Source: Octopus sinensis
Taxonomy: Eukaryota
Assembly (NCBI RefSeq): GCF_006345805.1
Contig: NC_043005.1
Location: forward strand, 15,934,001-15,998,000
DNA: 64,000 nt
Direction of reading: 5' to 3'
The notes under the pieces were generated by a model. It ran no database searches and was not told the origin of the DNA. It was given only the letters and a program-made list of their open reading frames with translations. Shown piece after piece: positions 52,685 to 64,000 of this stretch. The position numbers were made by a program, and so were the translations under genes. How positions within the stretch are numbered: the first letter of the stretch is position 1; the number at the start of each line of letters is the position of its first letter.

Positions 52685-53221
52685 ATGTGTGTGTGTATGT
52701 GTGTTTGAATGTGTTTATGTATACATACATGCATATATACTATCATAGATATGAAGGGGCAAAAAGGAAGAATAAAAAAGCTTCTAACAATGCAGAAAGT
52801 TTTACAAAAGTCTTTATATGTAAAGGCCCATCCTCAGAAGGAAACAGTCTGGGCAATGTTGATATAAAAATAGTAAACAACTTTTAGCTTCACACAAACT
52901 GTAAAATACTAAAACAGGTAAGTTCATCTCAAATTCTTTGTAAACTCTTAAATATATCTGTGTATATATATATATACTACCAAATATTTAAATATATTAG
53001 GTATACACATATATATATATATAAGTAGTTGAATGAATTATCTTATTATGGATAATTCGGTTAACCAATACCTGGGTAGCAAATTCATGTCAGAAAAACA
53101 CGGTTGAAGCTACATGCCAAGAGCAGAGATCACATGCTTTCGTGTGGAAATTTGTGTGTTTTTTTAAATACAAATAAATGAAAGAATGGAGTTGAACGAC
53201 GAATTAACAAAATTCCTCTAT

Positions 53222-53303
53222 TCTTGACATATGTTTCGAAGGCTGCATATTCCTAATTTCGAAGGAATAAGGGGTGCATTATGCTGCCTTCTCATCAGGA
53301 AAA
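53222..53303 (-). ncRNA. Type-I hammerhead ribozyme motif (left arm)
   Basis: Minus strand CTGATGA-GAAGGC...GCCTTC-GAAAC-ATAT-GTC; palindromic stem III ACATATGT. Confidence 0.7.
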
Positions 53304-53443
53304 ACAAGGAACTTATGTCAGCATCAAGATGCACAAAAATTTTTAGATGACTGCCCACATGGAGCCCATTTATCGCTATGGGCTCCGTGTGGGCAGTCAT
53401 CTAAAAGTTTTTGTGCATCTTGATGCTGACATAAGTTCCTTGT

Positions 53444-53525
53444 TTTTCCTGATGAGAAGGCGGCATAATGCACCCCTTATTCCTTCGAAATTAGGAATAT
53501 GCAGCCTTCGAAACATGTCGAGAAT
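53444..53525 (+). ncRNA. Type-I hammerhead ribozyme motif (right arm)
   Basis: TTTTC-CTGATGA(53449-53455)-GAAGGC...GCCTTC-GAAAC-AT-GTC-GAGAA; canonical core, G10.1-C11.1 pair, predicted GUC cleavage after 53519. Confidence 0.78.
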
Positions 53526-53739
53526 AGAGGAATTTTGTTAATTCGTCGTTCAACTCCATTCTTTCATTTATTCATATATATATATATATATATATACATA
53601 TATATATAGATAGATAGATACTTCTGTGCATATATATATATAGATACTTCCAAACAAACATGGCTTTTAATGAAATCCTAATATACTTTTTTGAAATTTT
53701 TGTTTAATATTTTCTCACGATATTTCCTTGTAAACTGTT

Positions 53740-53872
53740 ATTAACATTTTCTTATTATTATCAAAGAATGTATATACGTATTGTAACATTTTCTTATTAT
53801 TAGCAAAGAATGTATATACGTATTGTAACATTTTCTTATTATTAGCAAAGAATGTATATATGTATTGTAATA
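53740..53872. repeat. 42 bp minisatellite, about 3 units
   Basis: TAACATTTTCTTATTATTAGCAAAGAATGTATATACGTATTG repeated. Confidence 0.85.
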
Positions 53873-54040
53873 TTTTGTGACAACCAGTACTGAACACAAC
53901 AAAGCTTTTACAAAGCTTTACATTTTACTTTTGACAGTCTTTTTCTAAAAAGTGAAACCGGTCAAGTCAATAAACATCTTTTAAAATTGCATTTTCAAAC
54001 CTTCTTTCATATATATTTCCACTCGCATGGTTTCACTTTG

Positions 54041-54074
<34 letters not shown>

Positions 54075-54076
<2 letters not shown>

Positions 54077-54245
54077 TTTTCTACTCTAGGCATAAGGCTC
54101 AAAATTTTTGGGGAGAGGGGCCAGTCGATTAGATCGACTCCAGTACGCAACTGGTTCTGAATTTATCAACCCCAAAAGAATGAAATGTAAAGTTGACCAT
54201 GGCAGAATTTGAACTCGGAATGTAAAGCCAGACGAAACACTGCTT
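54075..54245 (-). mobile_element. SINE family B, truncated
   Basis: TTCTACTCTAGGCA.AAGG tail and GAATTTGAACTC B box in reverse orientation. Confidence 0.75.
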
Positions 54246-54298
54246 TTGTTTTTTCTTGTTAATTTTAGTTAATTTTTGTTTATTTACAGATCATTAAA

Positions 54299-54450
54299 AT
54301 GGAATATCAAGTTAAGAAAAACAAGCATTTTTGACACCACCTTCTTTTTGCTGTTAATCAAGGTTCTAAGGCCACAAATGCTGCTCGCGACATTTGTGCT
54401 GTGTATGAAGAGGGTGCCATAGCTGAAAGAATCACTCGTGATTGTTATAT
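54299..54450 (+). pseudogene. mariner transposase N-terminal fragment (element 1)
   Basis: MEYQVKKNKHF*HHLLFAVNQGSKATNAARDICAVYEEGAIAER. Confidence 0.75.
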
Positions 54451-54487
54451 GTTCCTATAACTTGTGTTAATTCTGTAACCCTTTAAA

Positions 54488-55070
54488 ATGGAAGATTAGA
54501 AAGTTCATTTTCAGCACTTGATGATATTCTTTTTCCATAAAGGGAAAATTGCCTCACAAGCAACCAAAGAAATATGCGTAGTTTACAGTGATGTTTCCTT
54601 ATCCGAAAGAACTGTACGGAAGTGGTTTGCAAGGTTCCGAGCTGGAGATTGTAGCCTTATTGATAAAGAGCGATCAGGCAGACCATCCACTACAGATGAT
54701 GACCAAATCAAGTCATTAATTGAGAATAACCCACATTGCACAACCCAAGAATTGGCAGAAAGCCTCAACCTATCAAAGTCCATCATTCATGAGCACCTGG
54801 TAAAGCTTGGGTACACAAATCGCTACAATGTTTGGGTACGACATGAGTTGAGTGAGAAGAACCTTTTGGATCACATTTCCATCTGTGATTTGCTTTATAA
54901 ACAGAATGAAAGCGCGCCTTTTTTAAAGCAAATTGTGACAGGTGATGAGAAATGGATTATCTGCTGAAATGTTCAGAGAAAGTGATCCTGGAGTAAGCAT
55001 TAGCCACCCCAAAAGCAGGTCTTCACCCTAAAAAAGTTTTGCTTTGTGTCTGATGGGATTGGAAAGGGAT
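54488..55070 (+). pseudogene. mariner transposase pseudogene, 5' half (element 2)
   Basis: HTH (ASQATKEIC.VY...ERTVRKWFARF..GD), RSGRP, WVRHEL (WVPHEL motif), IVTGDEKW, LHPKKVLLCV.WDWKG; premature stops; truncated by a SINE at ~55080. Confidence 0.9.
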
Positions 55071-55508
55071 TCAGTACTCAACACACAAGGCTTTGGTTGC
55101 CCTGAGGCTATAGTAGAAGACACTTGCTCAAGGTGCCACACAGTGGGACTGAACCCAAAACCATGTGGGTGGGAAGCAAGCCTCTTACAACACAACCACT
55201 CCTGCATCTATATATATATATATATGTGTGTGTATATATATATAAATTCAGTAAAATTTAGATTCAGTTGAATATGGTACTTAAGTTAAAGACACTAGAA
55301 TTTAATATGGTATTATCCATATAATTCAAAATGGGGTGATTACAATCAGAAATATATATATAAATAAATATATATATATATTATGTAGACATTGGCCCCA
55401 AAATGTTAGTGTCCTCTACACCATCTCACTGGCCCAATCTTTTCTCCACTCGATATTGGTTGGTCGAAGTGGCTTCCTTCTTGCTGCTCTGCCATTGAAG
55501 CCAAGTAT

Positions 55509-55559
<51 letters not shown>

Positions 55560-55748
55560 ATGAGTGTATGTTCATAAACACATGTACATACTCATATAAC
55601 TGAAGAGATTCATGACACTTATGTAGCATTAAATATACATAGCTAGATGAGAGCAATTTATTTACCAAAGAATACACAGATGCACATGTGCATCTATACA
55701 TGTGAATCTACACATGCATCTATACATGTGCATGTGAATTTATGTACA

Positions 55749-55779
<31 letters not shown>

Positions 55780-56034
55780 AACGTGTTCATGTACATATGT
55801 GTGAGTGTGTGTATGTGTGCCTGTTCATGCATATATATATACATGTATACATAGGTATATATATATATATACAGAGAGAGAAAGAGAGAGAGAGAGCAAG
55901 AGAGAAATAACAAGAGACAGAGAGAGACACACAGACAGACAGACAGACAGACAGACCTCATTATAATTGTTAAAGTTTATTTAAGTCTGAAATTATACAA
56001 TCAAATTATCTATCAATTATTATAATGTGAATAT

Positions 56035-57042
56035 CTAATATTTAATAGACATACCCTTTGCATTTTCAATGCAAGGACCCTATTAGGCAGCATGCTAATG
56101 ATCAGATAATGAATATTCTATTGAGGAATTTCTTGCCAAACTTCATGCAATAATCTCAAAAGATCTGACTTTGAGGATACTTTCTTGTTCCTTTATGAAG
56201 TCCTCTCCATTATGTCCCAGAGGTATTCAATAGGGTTCATATTTGGTGATTGGCTTGGCCATAGAAGCTATTTAATGCCATTCATTCCCAACCAATCTTG
56301 GGTCTTTTTAGCCTTGTGACAAGGAGCCCCATCGTCTATAAATAAAGTGTCTTCTTTAATCATTTCACCACTGGAGAAGATTGGAAGTCCTTTCTGCAAT
56401 ATGGACACATATTCATCTGAGTTTGTTTCCCTCACACTCTACCAGCTCATTAACCATTGCTCCTAATTGCTGCCTAGACAATCACAGAGTAGCTGTTGTG
56501 ATTCATTGTTGGCTGCAATCTTTTCATGTCAAATTCTTGATCACAGAGTCTCCAGAACCACTCTCAACAACAACCAGAAAATTCATAAAATCTGGACTCG
56601 ACAAAGAATATGACAATGCCCCTAAATGCTAGTGGCCTCTCCATCATCTCACTGGCCCAACGTTTTCTCTATTTGATGTTGGCTGGTCGAAGAAGTGGCT
56701 TCCTTCTTGCTGCTCTGCCATAGTAGCCAAGTTTGTAGAGATACCTGACAGCTGTTCTGAGACTGACATCAACATGTTCTGTTATGTCAGAGGGCTTGCA
56801 ACAAGGTTCATCCTCCACACTTCTCTTAACAAATCGAAGGGTCCTATTAGAGGGCCCTGGTCGACCTGTACAAGGTTATGTGGACTCCTTTTCCTATTCA
56901 GTGAATTGCACAATCACTGTATTAGCTGTAGAAAGTGGGATCCCAAGGTTTTCTGCGATTCTACACTGACTAAGCCTACCTTTAGTCTGACATACAATAA
57001 GGCCTCTAGGCTTCTTTCCAAAGCTTCTTTTGTACGTGGCAT
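56035..57042 (-). pseudogene. Decayed Tc1 (DD34E) transposase with internal deletion and insertion
   Basis: Minus strand MPRTKE..., LGYYGRAARRKPLL, DDGAPCHKAK...WPSQSPNMNPIEYLW (34 residues between D and E), SM.PNRV..AKGMSIKY*; a related fragment lies at ~55420-55505. Confidence 0.85.
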
Positions 57043-57214
57043 GATTAAACAGTCACATATAGAACCTGAAACATAAAAATGTCAATCAATAACAGCTATA
57101 ACCCTCTTTGTGTTAAACCTAAAACAATGTTTTATGGGGTATCTATTTACTTCGTCATATCTGTGTGCATAATATTATATATATAATATATAATATATAT
57201 ATATATATATATAT

Positions 57215-57945
57215 GTAATTAAGGGTTTAGCAACGATTTGCCTCACCACACACCGAATTTAGAAATAGCAGTCAAAGAGTTATAGCTATTCTTTCTACTA
57301 AAAGGGAGATCTCAATAAAATCACAGCACTTGAAAGGCAAACACAGACAGGCAAGAGAGAAAGAAATGATGGCAATCTATCATACAATTTTAAGTCACCT
57401 ACGGACGTACGTTTCGAAATTAAGTTTTAGGAAAGCATAAGAAGTATCAGAGTGAGCTAAAGCCGTTACCAGTATCACCAAATTCAAAGTGTGAATGAAA
57501 GTTTGTGTCACCAACCCCTTCCCACCAGCGTGTAGCCAAGACAAGATGTTGCGGTCATTTACTGGATGAAATGGTTATCAGTAATAATATAGGGAGAAAT
57601 TAATTAATTTGGAATAATCATTAATTTCACCAAGTAGATTTCGGCATGTAAAAGCCTCATTCGAGAAAGTTTAAGTAATACTAAGTAATTAATGGTTTAG
57701 CAACGATTTGCCTCACACACACCGAATTTAGAATAGCAGTCAAAGAGTTATGTAGAAAGAATAGCTATAACTCTTTGACTGCTATTTCTAAATTCGTGTG
57801 TGGTGAGGCAAATCGTTGCTAAAACCCTTAATTACTTAATTACTTAACTTCCTCGAATGAGGCTTTTACATGCCGAAATCTACTTGGTGAAATTAATGAT
57901 TATTCCAATTAATTAATTTCACCCTATATTATTACTGATAACCAT
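57215..57945. repeat. Direct-plus-inverted repeat element (Penelope-like pLTR architecture)
   Basis: 57571-57751 is inverted to 57766-57945; 57215-57298 is a direct repeat of ~57685-57751 and inverted to 57752-57835; GAAACGTACGTC on the minus strand at 57404-57415; flanked by (TA)n. Confidence 0.75.
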
Positions 57946-58215
57946 ATATATATATATGTATATATAAAACGTATATACCAAATATATACGTTTTATTTAT
58001 TATTTTGCACATTACTTAATCATCGTTATATGTTTTATCTTGTATTTAATCTTTCTATAATATGTAATTTTTCTAAATGGTATAAATTAATTTTTTATTA
58101 TTGAATTGATAAAAGGTGGTTTCTTTCTAATTTATTATATATTATATTATGTGAAATTTGATTTAGTATTTCTAAATTTAATTTTTCCCTGTAAGTTTGG
58201 AATAATATTCCCTCA

Positions 58216-58275
<60 letters not shown>

Positions 58276-58542
58276 CATATATATATATTACATACAAGAT
58301 CCATTGCCAGACATTCCGTTAGTCAGCTGTTGGGTAGAGATACTCGTGAACTTTGCATCTTTTGATTGTATCACTTCCATTAGGCTTAGCAAGCAATCTT
58401 GATTATACCAGGGAAGGGTTACTTTAACCATCATTGTAGAACACTTGTTTTCCCCGCCCATTATCATACGCTTATACATGAATCCACTGTACCAAAACCA
58501 GATGCCACTGCAATCAACACAACCATTAATATGCATATGCAT

Positions 58543-58576
<34 letters not shown>

Positions 58577-58594
58577 ACACATACACACAATATG

Positions 58595-58666
<72 letters not shown>

Positions 58667-58817
58667 AAATATATACATATTTATATATATATACATACAT
58701 ATATATATATATATATACATACATACATACACATATATGCATTTATATATATATATATGTGTGTGTGTTGCATCTCTATGTCTTTTGCTCTTTCTCTCTC
58801 TCTCTCTCTATGTATAT

Positions 58818-58880
<63 letters not shown>

Positions 58881-59254
58881 CACACACACATATATATATG
58901 TATATACATATATATGTGTGTGTAGGGGCCAACTATAAGGTTTTAGTCACTCTCTGATTTTCCATTTTTCTCTTATTAGACGAGATATTTTCTTTCTTTC
59001 CTGAAATATGTATGAATTTGCAGTTTTTGATTAATTGTATCATGAATTTGATAAAACGGCTACAAACACAATTGGTTAAAAAAACATCCACGAAATATCC
59101 AGCACGTGGAGACTTTATTGACAGAAATATGTAAGGAAAGTAGCTGAACTTTTCACCATTAATTATGAAAGTGTCCACGACATACTCAACAGATAGACTG
59201 ATGAAGACTATAGCCTAGTGAAGAAAAGATCTGTGATTCCATGGTATACCAGCG

Positions 59255-59500
59255 TGGAGGCGCGTGGCTTAGTGGTTAGGGTGTTGAACTCATGATCATA
59301 AGGTTGTGGTTTCGATTCCTGAACTGGTCAAAGCATTGTGTTCTTGAGGAAAACACTTCATTTTCACGTTGCTCCAGTCCACTCAGCTGGCAAAAATGAG
59401 TAATCCTGCGACGGACTGGCGTCTTGTCCAGGTGGGGAATTTCTACACCACTGAAACCGGGAAATCGGCCCTTATGAGCCTGGCATGGCTCGAAAGGGAA
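59255..59500 (+). mobile_element. tRNA-derived SINE with different central domain, tail type 3
   Basis: TGGCTTAGTGG and GGTTTCGATTCC boxes; body TCCAGTCCACTCAGCTGGCAAAAATGAGTA; tail GCGACGGACTGGCGTC.TGTCCAGG...GGCTCGAAAGG as in 1881-2200. Confidence 0.75.
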
Positions 59501-59719
59501 AATTTTTAAATTTTTTATTTTTATGCTATACAAGCAAGATATCACAAGACTGCTTCCTAGTCATGTTGTTTTGGGTTCAATCCTAATGCAGAGAACTTAA
59601 CTCTAGGTTGACCAAAGCTTTGTGAGGTTATTCAGTAGTTGGAAACTGAATGATACACATACACAACCCATCGCAATATATGTATTTCAAATGATGATGA
59701 TATATATAAAGTGAGTTCA

Positions 59720-60194
59720 CGGCTGTATCCTACACCGGTTTTGCATAACCAGCTGCAGCCCATTCAAAAGTACCTTGGATCATAGGTAGGGCAACCTGCT
59801 GTGCTTGAGGAGACCTATTGAGTCAGGTACATCAACATCAAAATCAAGATCAAATGGAAATTGTACTTGTGATCCCCGTGCCGGTGACACGTAAAAAGCA
59901 CCATCCGAACGTGACCCATGCCAGTGCCACCTTGACTGGCTTCCATGCAGATGGCACGTAAAAAGCACCAAACAATCGTGGCCGTTGCCAGCCTCCTATG
60001 GCCCCTGTACCGGTGGCATGTAAAAAGCACCCACTACAATCATGGAGTGGTTGGCATTAGGAAGGACACCCAGCTGTAGAAACACTGCCAGATCAGACTG
60101 AAGTCTGGTGCAGCCTCCTGGCTTCCCAGACCCCAGTCGAAACGTCCAACCCATGCTAGCATGGAAAATGGATGTTAAACGATGATGATGATGA

Positions 60195-60197
<3 letters not shown>
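59720..60197 (+). mobile_element. SINE-like family D, longer copy with three internal repeat motifs
   Basis: Three CAYGTAAAAAGCACC motifs, then GGCATTAGGAAGGACACCCAGCTGTAGAAAC and (GAT)n. Confidence 0.75.
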
Positions 60198-60233
<36 letters not shown>

Positions 60234-60358
60234 TGAGGGTACTACTATTCGTAGATACCAACACGCTAAGAGGGACCAATGCGGTCAAAACTACTAAAAA
60301 TAAACAAAATTTTACCGAATGCAAAACTTCAAAACACATCATTTTAAAAAAGAATTCA

Positions 60359-60422
60359 GTTACATATCACATGTGATTTCGCATTTAATGCAGAATATGC
60401 ATTTCATGTTCATCAGTACAAC
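60359..60422 (-). ncRNA. Type-I hammerhead ribozyme motif
   Basis: Minus strand GTTGTA-CTGATGA-ACAT...ATGCA(TATTC)TGCAT...ATGC-GAAA-TCACATGTGA-TA-TGTAAC; 6 bp stem I with two G-U pairs; 12 nt palindromic stem III. Confidence 0.7.
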
Positions 60423-60900
60423 AAACTCAAGAAATATAAGAGAAAACATAACATTACAAGCTCGATAGCCAACCGTAGAATTCGTCGTAGCATGTACGAA
60501 TGTTTATCTTTACATATCTATGAAAATGGCGGGCTTATTCGCAATGCATTTCGGTAACAGATTGTCTAGTCGGAATATACAGAATTTGAGGAAGCAATAT
60601 TCACAGAAGGGATTGTTAAAAACAATCCTGATGCCAACTGGGTTTAACCAAATAAATTGATAGGAAAATCAACAATATATATGTGTATAAACAGTCTCAT
60701 AAAATTAAAAAGTCAATTAAAGAAAATGGAGAAGAAAAATAAAAAAGGTGCTTGGTTTGTTTTATTTGTATTGCAATTGGAAATACAATGCAAATTAAAA
60801 GATGAAAAAATATACCTATTAGAGTATAAAAGGAACAGCCTCAACCAACAAAATAACCTCAAAATATCCTCAAAATATCCAATATACATACATATATCTA

Positions 60901-61031
<131 letters not shown>

Positions 61032-61425
61032 GGCTGTGTGGTAAGTAGCTTGTTTACCAGCCACATGGTTCCGGGTTCAGTCCCACTGCGTAGCACCTTG
61101 GTCAAGTGTCTTCTACTATAGCCTCGGGCCGATCATAGCCTTGTGAGTGGACTTGGTAGACGAAAAATGAAAGAAGCCCGTCGTATATATATGTATATAT
61201 ATATATATGCGTGTGTGTGTTTGTGTGTCTGTGTTTGACTCCTAGCATTGCTTGACAACCGATGCTGGTGTGTTTATGTCCCCGTTATCTAGCGGTTCGG
61301 CAAAAGAGACCGATAGAATAGTGGGCTTACAAAAGAATATGTCCCGGTGTCGAGTTGCTCGATTAAAGGCGGTACTCCAGCATGGCCGCAGTCAACTGAC
61401 TGAAACAAGTAAAAGAGTAAAAGAG
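61032..61425 (+). mobile_element. SINE family A
   Basis: Matches the reference copy; a further 3'-half copy lies at 61740-61975. Confidence 0.85.
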
Positions 61426-61635
61426 AAAGAGAGCATATATACACACATGTATGTATAAATATATATATATGTCTCTCCTTGTTTTCTGTGTCCCTTTCTG
61501 TAGAAGAGCGTAGGCTTGAAATGTAAAATACTTTTTCTATTCCTGAGCGTTATACTAATACATCTGTTTGTTTTGTACACCACCTGTCTTCGTCTTTTGT
61601 TTTTTTCGTAAACTCTCCCTATATATATATGTATA

Positions 61636-61671
<36 letters not shown>

Positions 61672-62014
61672 TGTATGTATGTATGTATGTATGTATGTAT
61701 GTATGTATGTAGGTAGGTATGTATATATGTATGTATGTGTATGTCTGTGTGTGTCATTGTGTCTGTGTTTGTCCCCACGTTATCACTTGACAACCAATGT
61801 TGGTGTGTTTACATTCCCGTAACTTGGCGGTTCTGCAAAAGAGATCGATAGATTAAGTACTAGGCTTTAAAAATAAATAAGTCCTGGGGTTGATTTGTTC
61901 AACTAAAAGCCCTTCAAAATAGTGCTTCAGCATGGCCACAGCCAAATAAAGGAAACAAGTAAAAGAAAGAATAAAAGGAAATATATTTATATATATAGAT
62001 ATATTTATATGTTT

Positions 62015-62524
62015 ATGTCCCTTGATATTCACGGTTGTTATGTTCCAAAACCACCCCGCAGTAGGTGAAAGTCCATGAAGTAGAAACAGTACTGTTTATT
62101 TTTTTTTATTATTTTCATAATTTGTATATATTTATATTATCATAAATGCAAAACAACACCATGGAAGAATCGATGTAAGCTTAAATAACAGACCACGATG
62201 TGGAAGCACTCCGTCGGTTACGACGATGAGGGTTCCGGTTGATCCGACCAACGGAACAGCCTGCTCGTGAAATAACAGGAAGCAAGAGTGAGAGAAAGTT
62301 GTGGTGAAAGAGTACAGCAGGGATCACCACCATCCCCTGCCGGAGCCTCGTGGAGCTTTAGGTGTTTTCGCTCAATAAACACTCACAACGCCCGGTCTGG
62401 GAATCGAAACCGCGATCCTACGACCGCGAGTCCGCTGCCCCAACCACTGGGCCATTGCGCCTCCAACAGACCACGATAGGTGAACGGTGACAGGCGAACT
62501 GCGACATGGCAAGGGTTTACTGTA
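62015..62524. mobile_element. Tigger/pogo-like MITE interrupted by a SINE
   Basis: Right end ...GCGACATGGCAAGGGTTTACTG-TA; degenerate left end GTCCCTTGATATTCACGGTT. Confidence 0.5.
62200..62464 (-). mobile_element. SINE family C, tail type 2, with TSD
   Basis: Same head and body as 51524; tail ATTTCACGAGCAGGCTGTTCCG...GACGGAGTGC; 13 bp TSD AACAGACCACGAT at 62187-62199 and 62465-62477. Confidence 0.88.
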
Positions 62525-62774
62525 TGTATGTATGTATGTATGTATGTATGTATGTATGTATGTATGTATGTATTACATACATATAAGAGGGATGACCACT
62601 GTTGTAGGGATATTACTGAGCAGAGTTATTCCTGAAAGGTTCATTTAGCACGTTAGGATATCCCCTTCTAACCGAGTCTTAAGTTTTTGCATTGGATGTA
62701 TAACAAATAGCATGATATTTTCCGCTCGCTAGCTACCAGAGAAATACATTGAATAGTGACTTGAATTCTATTAC

Positions 62775-64000
62775 AGCTTCAGTGACTAACTACACCAAGA
62801 CCTTTGATTCAGCCAATCGTAATATGTTATGGGCACTTCTCGGAAAAGTCAGTTGTTCTGACAAATTAACAAATATTAGCAAGTCCTGTAATATTATGGA
62901 GGCTCATACAATAATCGGTGGGGGGAGAATACTCTGGCCCATTGTCCATCGGCAGTGTTGTAAAATAGGGTAATACCACAGCTCCTACTCTCTTTACTAT
63001 TTCAGAAAGTTCATTTTACTTATTTCTTTATTGCCCACAAGGGGCTAAACATAGAGGGGACAAACAAGGACAGACAAAGGGATTAAGTCGATTGCATCGA
63101 CCCCAGTGCGTAACTAGTATTTAATTTATCGACCCCGAAAGGATGAAAGGCAAAGTCGACCTCAGCGGAATTTGAACTCAGAACGTAATGGCAGACGAAA
63201 TACCGCTAAATATTTCGCTCGGCGTGCTAACGTCTCTGCCAGCTCGCCTCCCTATATCAGAATATTCCTTTTTCTATCGCTTTCAAAGACTGCTCTGAAA
63301 CTTTTTATATTCGCTATCATAAAACTTGTATGTTATTCAGTTTCAAACGGGTTAATTTTAATTTACTTACTTTTGTATTTCTGATAAGAGACTTCTGGTA
63401 CGCCGATAACTATGATAAACTAAAAACACAATGAAAACTATCCTTAAATTCTTATGGATAGAATTTCATTGGTATGTCACAGGTAAAGCATCGCAATAAA
63501 TCTTGATAAAACTGTTATTCTTCACAAGTCCCATAGTTTCTAAACTAACAGTATGTAGTAGTACAACTTTGAACGAAACATATCTTGTTTCTGATATATT
63601 GGTAGAATGCGAAACAAGGATGTAAATCTTGATGACGAAATTACAAACAGAATCCAGAAGTCAATGATATTTTTTTGTGAAATTACTATCTTTTGGAGAA
63701 TTACAATCTTCATTATGGTCTCAACGAAATATCTATTTCCAAAACATGCATCTGTTTTGTTATATGATTGTGAAACATGAACGTTACATTCAAAATATGT
63801 CAAGTAGCTGGAGGTTTATCAGCCTAAAAATGCCTTCAACAAATTTTGTATACGTCTTGCAGAAACTACATGGGAGATGTTGAGGTTTTGGCATTAACAG
63901 ATGTAAGAATAGAAATAAGATCTTTTTATCGACGTTGCAGATTCAGATGGACAGGACATATTTTTCGTAAGAATGATGAAAGAATTGCAAAGCGTTTTCT
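62775..64000 (+). pseudogene. Old RTE-clade LINE remnants (RT and C-terminal region) interrupted by SINE B at 63019-63252
   Basis: YTKTFDSANRNMLWALL (RT D..KAFDS motif region), LDDEITNRIQKS and RFRWTGHIFRKNDERIAK, in broken frames. Confidence 0.7.

Larger units (their letters stand above)
53173..53572. repeat. ~400 bp near-perfect palindrome (foldback element) carrying two hammerheads
   Basis: Arms of ~196 bp around an 8 nt loop (53370-53377); the left arm extends a further ~150 bp to ~53022; flanked by (TA)n. Confidence 0.92.

Noticed and set aside
53218-53541. Pair of similar 60-64 aa ORFs on opposite strands
   Set aside because: A consequence of the palindrome; no coding evidence.
3076-58957. 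Many ORFs rich in YI, HT, CV, ER or LS dipeptides
   Set aside because: Translations of (TA)n, (CA)n and (GA)n microsatellites; open in several frames and on both strands.
59195-59235. CTGATGAAGACTA...TAGT hammerhead-like start
   Set aside because: Stem II closure and GAAA spacing are disrupted; too degenerate to call.
62390-62464. tRNA-Arg-like sequence (also 1881, 22735, 51524, 59255)
   Set aside because: SINE heads: no proper acceptor stem, and they continue into SINE bodies with tails and TSDs.

Overview
Eukaryotic, AT-rich, extremely microsatellite- and transposon-dense DNA; the tRNA-derived SINE families and repeat landscape point to a coleoid cephalopod (most likely Octopus; inference). 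Almost all ORFs in the supplied track are microsatellite or SINE artefacts. Only one host coding exon is supportable: a minus-strand start-codon exon (CDS 46157-46307) encoding a signal-peptide-like N-terminus and ending in CAG|GTGAGT, so the 46 kb to its left is probably intron. The rest is dozens of SINE copies from at least four families, non-autonomous Helitrons, Tc1/mariner relics and MITEs, hAT, piggyBac-like and Tigger-like MITEs, 3' fragments of RTE, CR1-group and R4/Dong-type LINEs, and a recent 3.7 kb tandem duplication. The most interesting hidden signal is a set of several sequence-unrelated small non-coding elements, sitting in or beside (TA)n tracts, that carry minimal type-I hammerhead ribozyme folds with palindromic stem III. 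Several are arranged as inverted (foldback) repeats, the best being a 400 bp palindrome with a hammerhead in each arm (53173-53572). These look like Penelope-like pLTR / retrozyme-type elements, including non-canonical core variants. A covarying 3' stem-loop also links the main SINE to a CR1-group LINE. All calls were made by eye; repeat boundaries are approximate.
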